Below, piece after piece: positions 12,267 through 21,822 of a stretch of 64,000 bases of DNA. The DNA comes from Yuukianura sp. NJ FZ-2021 (taxonomy: Eukaryota). Below the pieces are notes generated by a model that did not search any database, was not told the DNA's origin, and saw only the letters and a list, made by a program, of their open reading frames with translations. The stretch covers positions 434,001-498,000 of the forward strand of contig JAJCTO010000011.1 of the NCBI GenBank assembly GCA_046563655.1. The letters are read 5' to 3'. Made by a program: the position numbers and the translations under genes. Positions within the stretch are counted from its first letter, which is position 1, and each line of letters opens with the position of its first letter.

Positions 12267-13490
12267 TTAGGGCACCCCCAGAATTTTCTGGGCGGGAAAT
12301 TTACAGGTAGTTGCATAGTGCCCATAACGTTCACATCGAAAGCACTGGACTTGATCAATCGACCACTCTTTTGCCGGAGGCGGTTGACCAGAACTGCTAG
12401 GTCTAGGCCCATTCGTATAAGGAGGCCGACTTGTCCCAGGATTTGCAGGTGGGACTGAACTAGGCCCAGCAGGACGAGGCTGTGAATAGGAATTTGGAAC
12501 GTAAGGAGCTTTAGCCGGTTGCCGTGCGCCTGCTCTGTCCCTAAGTCTTTGATTGAATTCCGAAAAATCGTCAGAAGCTTGAGAACGAATCAAAGGTTTG
12601 TTTTCAAAACGTCGAGTTCGATTCAAATCGCATACAATTCTCTTCCCATGAGCAATGAGTTCAGCAATGTTAGTAGCTGGAGAAGATCTGAGCAAAATAG
12701 AAATTTCAGGAAGACAAGCGTTTACAATTCGTTCTCTAATCGTTTCACTCGAAGCGTCTGGGACTATTCGTTTATAAGAATTGGCAACGTCCCATGCAAA
12801 AGTTTCGAAAGCCTCCGAAAAGAATTGCTTTTTAGCGAAAAGATCCGACAAAAGTTTATCTTTGGATTGACCAATCCCCTCATAATTTAGAAAAGCGACT
12901 TTAAATTCATCCCATGTCGCGATGTTGTTTTGAATGTCTAGCCACCAACGCAAAATATCCGAATCTCTCGGAAACATTCGGCTAATTAGAACAAGTTTTG
13001 ACTCTTCGTTTAAGTTTTTAAGAACAAAATAATCTTCTGCTTCTTTGAAAAAGGAAGTAATAGGAATTCTTGGCGTATATTTGGGAATAGGAATCACAGG
13101 TGCCTGTTCTACGTATAGCACTTGTGGAACGGTAGGCGGCTGTACGTTAGGAGCGGGTGCGGTAACCGGAGCGGGCGCGGCCGGAGCGGGCGCGGCGACA
13201 ATTTGCAACTGTGCACGCATATCATCCATGGCTGTCTGCATTGTGAGTAATTGTGCACGTAAACTGGCAATCTCCGCGTCTTTCGCATCGTTAGTCGCCA
13301 TGTTTGCAAATGAATCTAAAAACTCTTCCTCCGATTCTGTTTCCGATTTAGGAGTAGCGGGAGAAACCGTTAAAACAAATGGGGGTGCGCTGCTTGCACG
13401 CACGGGTGTGAGCGGTCTGAGCGCGGGCGGAGCGGGCGCCTCCGTTTGAGAATTCGTTAATTCCTTACTTTTACTACGAGTGAGGACCAT
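12267..13490 (-). CDS. gag: Gypsy Gag
   Basis: MVLTRSKS.., coiled coil, retrotrans_gag-like WWLDIQNNIATWDEFKVAFL..KQFFSEAFETF, C-terminal CFRCERYGHYATTC. Confidence 0.92.
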   Translation of the reverse strand: MVLTRSKSKELTNSQTEAPAPPALRPLTPVRASSAPPFVLTVSPATPKSETESEEEFLDSFANMATNDAKDAEIASLRAQLLTMQTAMDDMRAQLQIVAAPAPAAPAPVTAPAPNVQPPTVPQVLYVEQAPVIPIPKYTPRIPITSFFKEAEDYFVLKNLNEESKLVLISRMFPRDSDILRWWLDIQNNIATWDEFKVAFLNYEGIGQSKDKLLSDLFAKKQFFSEAFETFAWDVANSYKRIVPDASSETIRERIVNACLPEISILLRSSPATNIAELIAHGKRIVCDLNRTRRFENKPLIRSQASDDFSEFNQRLRDRAGARQPAKAPYVPNSYSQPRPAGPSSVPPANPGTSRPPYTNGPRPSSSGQPPPAKEWSIDQVQCFRCERYGHYATTCKFPAQKILGVP

Positions 13491-13869
13491 GAAACAACCA
13501 AAAAGAAACGAAAAACACAAACGTAGGAATTAAGATTTAATTAGGAATCATGAATTACGCATTTAAACTTTTGTACATTCAGTTAATAACTTACTTTCTG
13601 AAAAATGAAAAGTGAAATCGGAAAATTTAAGTTGGGGTGCGGAACGCGCTCAAAAGAAAAATTGAAACCAAAAATGTGACTTTAACACATACGCGCAAAA
13701 CCGTACCGTTTCATACGGTTCATGTACAAAAGGATGGGGACCATGCCTTTACCACCCCCAGAGCGGCACCTCAACCGATTTTTCTCCGAATTTAACGATG
13801 AATCGATGATTAATCACTGATTAATCATCGATACCCATGAAAACAATGACTGAAGGGGCAGTTAATGCT

Positions 13870-13879
13870 CGGGGCACCA
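13870..13879 (-). other. Primer-binding site TGGTGCCCCG (probably elongator tRNA-Met)
   Basis: 2 nt inside the 5' LTR end; complementary to ..CGGGGCACCA, the 3' end of animal elongator tRNA-Met as I recall it. Confidence 0.65.
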
Positions 13880-13881
13880 GA

Positions 13882-14441
13882 TATGAGGCTTGAGCAGTGC
13901 CTCTCTGCACTGCTCCAGCCTCACAATGAAATAAACAAAAACAAACCCAAAACCGATGATCTTTGTGGCTACGATTTATTTTAAATCGTAGCGAACGAAA
14001 CAAACAAACCCTAACTAAATACAAAGGAGCCCTTGTGGCTAAACTAACGGGCCTTAAGGGCCATAACCAACCGAAATGCGGATCCGGGGGAAGGGAGGCC
14101 AATCACTGGCCACAACAAGCCAATCACTGGCTACGGCCAATCACTGGCCACCACAAGCCAATCACTGGCTAGGCCAATCACTGGCCACACGCTGATCTGA
14201 CCTGGTTGACCTCCAGTTGACCGGGGAAGCAGACTTGTGGCTGGACGGAGCAAGGCAGAGCTGTTGACGGCGTGGCTGCTGCATGAGAAGTGCTGCTGGG
14301 TTCTTCTGTCGGCTCTGCCGACTCCAAAAGGAGAGGGAGACAGGGGACAAACACTTATGGGCATTCGCCCTAACTAACTAATTTAGTTTTAATTAATCTA
14401 AACACTTAAACTAACTCTCCTATGAGGCCCTTGACCTCATA
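13882..14441 (-). repeat. 5' LTR of Gypsy element
   Basis: Copy of 6927-7486, adjacent to the PBS. Confidence 0.95.
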
Positions 14442-15069
14442 AAAAGAATGCATTCCATCCTGTAAACAATTACGTATACAGAATATGCAATGCATTGTGT
14501 CTAGTCCGGTACTCCAAATCTTTAACTTAACTTTAACCCATCATCCGCGTATCATTTGGAAGGCTTAAAATGTTTCAACTGTTACACTGGGTCTATGTTT
14601 AACAATAAATTTAAAAAAATTGTTAGTCCAAGGTGAAAAAAAAAGGCCCATTTTGAAGGCTAACTTGGCTGAAAATTGACAGGCGACATAGAATAACCTC
14701 AAACGAGTTCGGAAAATGCCGGAAACGTTAACGTTAACGCCAGAGCTACCGGAATTCCTTTGTCGCTAATTTTTTTTTTGTTTTTGCAATTTTTCTTCTC
14801 TAAATTCAGATTAGAGCAAATTCGCACGTTTTTTAAGCAAAGGACGTTTTCACTTGTGACTTTTACTCTGATGCTGAGGTCATTTAATTGCGGAAAATTC
14901 CAACTGCAATTAATTGTCAAGACGCAATTAATTGTGAAACTGTAATTAATTTTTCTTTCTTTTTTGCAAATGTAGTATTTCCAAATAATGTCTCCAAGGA
15001 TAAACAAACTGCCAAAATTTCCGAAAGGAAAGAACAAAAGTAAAACACCTGGATGGAAATACCAGTTTT

Positions 15070-15476
15070 CTGGTTGGATTATACCCATGTGGGTGCATGT
15101 TAAAAACTGAGAAAAATTTCGAGAAAAGAATGACCTATGACCTATGGCAACCCAAAAAATGACCTCTACAAAAGTTGTTGGGCTTGACGAGGGGATCATT
15201 GTTTGTCCTCTGACATATGACCTTGTGACCTTCCGTTGAGGTCATAGGTAAATTTGAAAGTTAGTTAGGTTGGGTTATGTTTAACCTTCAAATTGACCTA
15301 TGACCTCAACGGAAGGTCACAGGGTCATGTGTCAGAGGATAAAAAATGATCCCCCCCATCAAGCCCAACAATTTTCGTAGAGGTCATTTTTTGGGGTGTC
15401 TGGAGATGTCATTGACCGTTTTCTCGGAATTTTTCCTAGTTTTTAACATGCGCATACATGGGTATAATCCAACCAG
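15070..15476. mobile_element. Foldback MITE (whole element is an imperfect palindrome, rich in TGACCT/AGGTCA)
   Basis: CTGGTTGGATTATACCCATGT..ACATGGGTATAATCCAACCAG; arms ~190 bp; TTTT on both flanks. Confidence 0.75.
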
Positions 15477-17429
15477 TTTTCTATATTTTGCATGAACAAA
15501 GTTTATTATTTAGCCATTTGTATATTTCTAGAATTAAGAAAAAAAATAACAGTGAATGGAATTGCAGTGGAAGAAAAATTGCAAGGATTTGAGGGATTAC
15601 CGAAGTAAAATAACCTAAAGCGTGGATCAAAATTTACAAGGAACTGAATTTTAAAACACCGAAACGAGAAACAGAGTCAAATAAACATTCGTGTGCGAAT
15701 TTGATTTTTAGTAAAAAAAAAATGGCATGTGGTTAACTAAATTCTATTATTTAAATACTACTCGCTTGAAATTTAGTTCAGGCTGTTTTATAAATTATGG
15801 GAAAATCCAATGCCAATTAATGATTAAGTGTTAAATTCCATAGGATTTGAAAATTTTGAACTTTTTGGACCATCTCCAAAATTTCGAACCATTGCATCAA
15901 AAGAAAATGTGAGGGGTCATTGTGAGGTCACGTATTGATTTGCAGCCAAATCTAAAATAACCTGTAATGATAAGTTAACCGAATCCACGAATCGCCAATT
16001 AATAATGTAAAAGATTGATCAAATTAAAGTGTGAAAATTAATGATTGAAAACTTCAAGATTAACGGATACATGACATAAACATTAAACAGATTTAAGCAG
16101 TAGTTCATCAAAAACTAGGATATGGTAAGGTGGATAGTGGGTGTAACAAAAAATTAGTGCAGCGATGATGGACAGTAGATCGAATCCCAGTAAGAAGGTC
16201 TTCTTTTTTCTTTTTCTTTTTGGAGTGTCTAAAATACTCGACACAACCATTTCTAAAGCGACTGTTCTGTATACTGGACCAGACAAACACTCCCAAGTCT
16301 TCCTCCTGTGAGCTGACGGAAAGCTCAAGATGACAAAAGAAAAAGACGACGGAAGACCGGTGATGATGATGTTGAGCGAAGCGGAGATGAAACTCCGTTT
16401 ATTTAAAGTTTAATTTTAATTGAAAGACAAAAAGACGGGAGCTAAGACTTGGAGATGTTGATGTGTGGAAAGGGGGGAGACGACTGACTGACGGAGACTG
16501 ACGAGAGAGACGGAGACGAACTTCTGGTTGACTTGAGGGTGGGTTGCACAGGCTGTAACCCCTCATGACCCCGCCGCCGAGCCCAGAGCCGTCCCGGCTC
16601 GAAAAAACCAAGGGGTACAAGTGGGTGAGATGGACCGAGCGTCAATTTTGAAAAATTTTGAAAATGGTGCCGAATGGTGTCCAATCACTGAAAATAGAAC
16701 AAAAATGGTGGGGAAAAAGCGGGGAGGGAAACTGAAAACACGAGAAAACATTAAACCGAATTCAGGGCTGAAAATTTAGCAAATTTGTTATGCCTAATCG
16801 GGGGGTAAAACGGGTATGGGAAGAATTTAGGAAAAATGCTCGTCTAAGGCTCAAAATGGAGGGTAAGGGAACCAATTTAGGAAATCAACATCTCTAAAGA
16901 GGAAGAAAGATAAGGTTAGGAAAAATTGTATTAAGTTTATGTACATAAATCAATAAGAGTGTTTAAGAACCAGTAAAAGTGTCCAAAGTAGTCATCAAAG
17001 TATCAATCCATGGGGTGCGCGCGACGTCGATCTCCTGCAGGCCTATGTCTCCTAAAAACCTGGGAAATCAAATGATTAGGGGGGAAAACGGGGAACCATA
17101 TAGGCAAAATCACAAAATTCAATCAAAAATCAGTGCACAAAATACCAAAATACACAAAAAATCAAGGCCAAAAATACACAAAACCACAAAAATCAAATCC
17201 AGAGGCATGTTTCACCCCAATAGACACCAAAGTAAATCCAGCAGCATATTTCACCGCAATGCAAAGACAAAAGACAAAATAAGAAGCATGTTTCACCTCA
17301 ATACGAATCAAAAGACAAAAACAGAAGCATGTTTCACTTCAATTAAACCAACCACAAAACCAGAGGCATATTTCACCCCAATTTCAAAGACACAATACCC
17401 TTACCAAATTCGGGGAGGACTGAAGAAAC

Positions 17430-18548
17430 TTACATACCAAATCCAGGGCGAGGAGGAGGGCAAGGCAATTCTTCAGTGACCATCATGGATTTCCAATCTA
17501 AAAAATTGGGAAGGGAACGGCGGAAACTGTTCAGGAGAAGAAGACGGCGACGAACAGTTTCTTCGGTTTCACATCCAAGGGTAAAGTAGATCTGGAGTTG
17601 GGGGTCCAAAAGGTCAACAATATCCTGGCCTCGATCTGGGTAAACTTTGGCGGGAAAATGGAAGTCCAGGTACTGTTTTGCCAAACGAACAAACTTCGAT
17701 GGGTTTGATCCAAGTGAAAAGGAGGGCTTCTTCGGTGTCACGTCTTTCTTGAAGCGAAAGTTCTGGAAAAGGCGAAAACGGGGAAGTTGAACTTGTTCCT
17801 TGACCAAACCGGGCTTGTCACAGGAGAGTGCAGAAAGTACAATGGCATCATGACGTGGGGCTGGAGGCTCCGGGTCACTAAATCGGGCGGGGCAAGGCAA
17901 TCCACGCTGAACCATTAGCGCTTCCCAATCAAGGAAACTAGGCAAGGAGTCACGGAAGTCATCTAGGAGCTTCAACTTCTCAAGAACTTGGAGTCCGTGA
18001 TCAACATGGGAAAGGAAATACTTTTGGAGAGGAGGGTCTATGTCATTGATCAAAAGACTGCCGAAGATTGGAGTGTAGAAGTCAAGTTCGTGGTAGACCA
18101 TGGCAATCTCCCATTCCTTCTCCCTCATCCAGCTCTCAGGAATATCTCCGAGGCGGAAAATCTTACGTCGATCACCTAAAGTGTGAGAAAGAGGAAAGAT
18201 GCCTGTAACTGGGAGAACGGGCATGGCGACTGGAGTAGGGGGGACAAAAACGGATTCGGGGTCTCTCAAACTGACATAAATAGGGTTAGGATTAGGTACC
18301 GAATTTAGGACAGGAGGGATGATCACAGGCTCTGGAAGTTCTGGAGTAATCGGAGGTGACGGAGTTTCAACTTGAGGTGGCGATGGAGCGTGGTCGGTTT
18401 GGGTGGAACAAGTCGACTTCGATGGGGTTCCTGTGGATTGGGGGAATCGGGAGCTGCTGCTGGCAAACGACGAATGATTTCCTGCAGCATCTGCAAAATT
18501 CCGGAAAGAATCGGGGCTAGGGAATCTTCTAATCCACAGGAAGAACAT
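17430..18548 (-). CDS. Hypothetical protein with Pro-rich linker and two copies of an unrecognised ~55-70-aa domain
   Basis: IDPPLQKYF..EKLKLLDDFRDSLPSFLDWEALMVQRGLPCP and LDPQLQIYF..RRLLLLNSFRRSLPNFLDWKSMMVTEELPCP. Confidence 0.7.
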   Translation of the reverse strand: MFFLWIRRFPSPDSFRNFADAAGNHSSFASSSSRFPQSTGTPSKSTCSTQTDHAPSPPQVETPSPPITPELPEPVIIPPVLNSVPNPNPIYVSLRDPESVFVPPTPVAMPVLPVTGIFPLSHTLGDRRKIFRLGDIPESWMREKEWEIAMVYHELDFYTPIFGSLLINDIDPPLQKYFLSHVDHGLQVLEKLKLLDDFRDSLPSFLDWEALMVQRGLPCPARFSDPEPPAPRHDAIVLSALSCDKPGLVKEQVQLPRFRLFQNFRFKKDVTPKKPSFSLGSNPSKFVRLAKQYLDFHFPAKVYPDRGQDIVDLLDPQLQIYFTLGCETEETVRRRLLLLNSFRRSLPNFLDWKSMMVTEELPCPPPRPGFGM

Positions 18549-18790
18549 GACGGGCTTCTGGATAGTGGAATTTGGCGTTGATTTGGACTAGGCGTAGCGT
18601 CGAATTGAAGAGACATCAATGGGACAGGCATGATTCCTTGCGTAGATCGGTGTCGATTTCTGTAGCGGGGGCAGGTTCTCTTGATATGGCCAGGAAATCT
18701 GCAAAAATTGCAAATGGGTCTTCCATCCGGGGTACGTAGATTATTTGAGCTCATCTTGGGTGAATTTGCGTAGATAGGCTGCTGACTCAT
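18323..18790 (-). CDS. Nucleocapsid-like CCHC zinc-knuckle ORF
   Basis: RTPDGRPICNFCRFPGHIKRTC; overlaps the next ORF in the -1 frame. Confidence 0.7.
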   Translation of the reverse strand: MSQQPIYANSPKMSSNNLRTPDGRPICNFCRFPGHIKRTCPRYRNRHRSTQGIMPVPLMSLQFDATPSPNQRQIPLSRSPSCSSCGLEDSLAPILSGILQMLQEIIRRLPAAAPDSPNPQEPHRSRLVPPKPTTLHRHLKLKLRHLRLLQNFQSL

Positions 18791-21648
18791 CTCAGGAAAT
18801 CAAATCGAATTAACTGAAACTCAAAAGAAAAGATTTTAGCAAAAGAACCAATAATTGTGAAATCAGATTTCCCAAACTTTGTAATTAATTAGGGTTTTGT
18901 AGTTTCGTCCTGCAAAAAAAGAAATTGTTAAAAGGAACTGAAGGATAGGAGTGTGGGGTACAAGGGAACAGGCGTTGCTGTAGTGCAACTGCGTTTTGCA
19001 ATTTTGCAATTGCAATTGCAAAAGTAGTGGTGTTTCGTGATGGTTAGAGGAGACGCTGCTGAAAAGAGGGGAAAAGAGGGAAAGAAGAGGGGAGATCCGC
19101 AGCTAGCGTGTATTCCGAAGGAGGGGGTGGACTCCTTCAACCTCCTCACCACCTCTGAGCGTCCATGACGGCTTCCTTCCTTCCACGCGTCCCAGCCACC
19201 ATCTTGAATTTTCCCTCTTTTGTGGCTAAAAATCGATGATTCGGGGTCAAACTGACCTCAAAACTGCCTAAAAATGGGGGAAACGGGATGGTGGGGCAAG
19301 GACAAATGAAAGGATGTTCGTAGGGACTCAATAAACCACCGTAATCCACCAAAACTAACTTGCTTTACCAGAAAAAAACGCTAAACTGCTCTACCAACTG
19401 AGCTCCACGCCACTGGCGTGACCTCTGACCTGCAATGGGGATAAAACGGATAGAGGGGGAGGGGGCAGCAATCGTACGAGGCGAATTTCTGGCTACAATG
19501 CCTACATTTCAAAAATCAGAGGTTTACTTTACCGATATTCGCTGAACGGCGACGGTTACTGCTTGAATCCGGCAATGTAGGTCAGTGGTGAGGTCGTTGG
19601 CAGTTGCTTCCGGTCCCTGAGTTGAACTCGAAGCAATCGTCCACCACTTGTGAGCTGACGGAAAGCTCAAGAAGACAAAAGAAAAGACGACGGAAGACCG
19701 ATGATGATGATGTTGAGCGAAGCGGAGATGAAACTCCGTTTATTTAACTTTAATTGTAATTGAAAGACAAAAGACGGGAGCTAAGACTTGGAGATGTTGA
19801 TGTGTGGAAAGGGGGGAGACGACTGACTGACGGAGACTGACGAGAGAGACGGAGATGAACTTCTGGTTGACTTGAGGGTGGGTTGCACAGGCTGTAACCC
19901 CTCACTCCTCCGGAAAATTCTCACAGTGTCTAGTCCAGTAGACACAAAAAGGGATCAAGTTTGTGGGTAGAAGATTCAACATACTACTGTACACAGCCTG
20001 TACCCAATTTCATTCACCGGGCTTATAGCCGTTGATGACTCTTGTGAGATGAAAAAGTGTTACGCACTTGTCTTTTGGATTCGTGCTATGTAAACAATTT
20101 TCGGTTTCTTCGTTAAGATTTGTTTTGGTAACAATGGCAACGGAAGGTGACTTTTGATGTAGCGTGGCGACGGCGTCTCTTGAATAACGTCTATCGACGG
20201 CCACGTCCTCTCCGGATCCATAGCATTTAGTGTATTCTCTCCTATTATTTGAACTCTTGATCGAAAATTTGTTTAGGAATCAGGGTTAAATGAAAACAAA
20301 AAATATCAAAATTTCATAAATCTTAAATTGTTTTTTTTACTGTAGAAATGGAAATCGAATTGACAGCGGCATCTGAGCTCTCTCGTAATCCAAGTTATTA
20401 GTCAAAAGCCAAACCATTTCTTGCGTCCATGTTGTGCCTCAAGTTAAAAAATAGATTAAGTAGACTTCAAAGATTAAAAATGTGTGTTCTCAATTTCATA
20501 AATTGTGTTTACGCATTGTATCTAACCTGATCTTGGCATTGACATTACCCAAACATCATCTTGGCGCACTTCCATGTTGCGAATGGAGTCGTAGTTCTCT
20601 GCGTAACTAACAGGCAGACAAGTTCCACTTGGTTTGTACTTCACAAGGTGTCCAGGGTTAAACATGGGATGTTCATGGGTCAAGAATTTGGCAACCAATT
20701 CTTTGTTTTCAAATTCATCGTACAACATTTCAAACTGTTGTGTATGGAGTAAGCTTTTGTTTTTGTGGATGTGGTAGTGGTAAGTACACAAGACCAAGGT
20801 GGATAAACAAAGAAATACTTTTCGTTTAACAGGTTAGGCAATAACTCGAGCTTTAAGTTTTTTGCGAAAAATTTTCAAAATTGAATTCACCTAGTTTTAA
20901 TCTCGGTTGGCATGGAGATGGAACAAAAAACTTAGATGGCTTTCGACATGGCAAATTCAAAGTAAAAAAAGGAGTAAAAGACAAAACAAAAAACGTAGAA
21001 AAAACTTTGGACTCAAGATTTTTCGAAAACAGGACTTATCGCCAAACCTGTTAAAGGAAAACGATTTCGGATTTCTGTCCAACTTTGGATTTTAACTACT
21101 TACGCATGAAATTTATTTGGGTTAAACTAATATCCCACATAAACCATAATCACTCGAGCTATTAATAGAATTTAAAAGATTAGATACCACAGAATGAAAA
21201 ATTTTAGTTTCAAACGGTGTGTATTTAGTGTCATGAAACAAGATCACCTTGGTTGAATAACATTCGTTTTTCGTCCTACTTGTATTCTGTGAAGCAGGAA
21301 AATTCCAAACCACGGTCAATTCGCAAGCACCTTTTTTGAGTTTTTGAGCGAGGCTTGTTTATCAAAATTTTCAAAACAAGGTTCCCACCATTCTAAAAAG
21401 CTGGTTTTTTAGCTACAGAAGTCACGGCGCCCACAGTTCTCAATTCAATTTAATAGCTTATGCTATGTTAGGTTAATTTAAATTAAGTTTATTACGTTTT
21501 TTCATATAGTGTCTTGTTTTCAAAATTTTGAAATTGAAATAGGTTACAAAGCTTACGAATTGACTGCTAACGAAATTGACCTAGAACATTTTGCGAAGCT
21601 AACTAAAGCATTGGAAATTATTCTAAACACGAAGTTTTGTTCATGTTA

Positions 21649-21819
21649 AGCCCAATTTATACTTTTCGTTTTTCTGACATTGTCCAGGAAAAAGTTTGTC
21701 GTAGGTCACGATTTTAACGAAAATTTCATTCATTTGTATTTCAAATTCCGTTGTTATGGACGCCTACGACAAACGTTTTCCTGGGCAACGTCAGGGAAAC
21801 GAAAAGTATAAATTGGGTT
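21649..21819. mobile_element. PIF/Harbinger-type MITE
   Basis: ~55-bp TIRs AGCCCAATTTATACTTTTCGTTT / AAACGAAAAGTATAAATTGGGTT with TTA on both flanks; sits at the 3' end of sulfotransferase copy 2. Confidence 0.8.
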
Positions 21820-21822
21820 TTA

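Larger units (their letters stand above)
6927..14441 (-). mobile_element. Full-length Ty3/Gypsy LTR retrotransposon: LTR-gag-macrodomain-pol-ORF3-LTR
   Basis: 560-bp direct repeats offset by 6955 bp, AAAA TSD (6923-6926, 14442-14445), PBS, PPT, gag with CCHC knuckle, and pol in PR-RT-RNaseH-IN order. Confidence 0.97.
16307..19904 (-). mobile_element. Non-autonomous LTR retrotransposon (no pol), LTRs 16307-16565 and 19649-19904
   Basis: TG...CA direct repeats of ~257 bp differing by about 5 substitutions and 3 single-base indels; CTCC TSD; TGGTGGAC PBS-like site after the 5' LTR; G-rich tract before the 3' LTR. Confidence 0.9.
6755..20021. mobile_element. Non-autonomous CMC/CACTA(EnSpm)-type DNA transposon acting as host for nested insertions
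   Basis: Ends CCCGGTG...CACCGGG with 2-bp TSD CT (6753-6754, 20022-20023). Removing it restores the exon GGC TAT AAG GGG ACC ATA (GYKGTI), matching GYNGTM in the paralog. Subterminal TGTCTAGT/TAGACA repeats occur at both ends. About 1.7 kb remains after subtracting nested elements, with no transposase ORF. Confidence 0.75.
6066..20797 (-). pseudogene. Cytosolic sulfotransferase pseudogene 1, interrupted by a 13.3-kb insertion
   Basis: 5' exons (~20024-20797) encode DDVWVMSMPRSG/TTWTQEMVWLL (PAPS-binding loop) and PRYIKSHLPLPLLP..KIVYIAR-NPKD. 3' exons (6066-6754) encode GTIDEFIEEYLADY, YWPYLRDFW..NILFLTYEEMKK and FIRKGKVDSWK. Lesions: 1-nt deletion in RNPKD (~20080), in-frame TAA at 6379-6381, extra A in the run at ~6320, and an exon split at 6755/20021. 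Confidence 0.88.

Noticed and set aside
16979..17479. 166-aa Lys-rich plus-strand ORF
   Set aside because: Antisense to the element's 3' UTR; composition is explained by A-rich tandem repeats.
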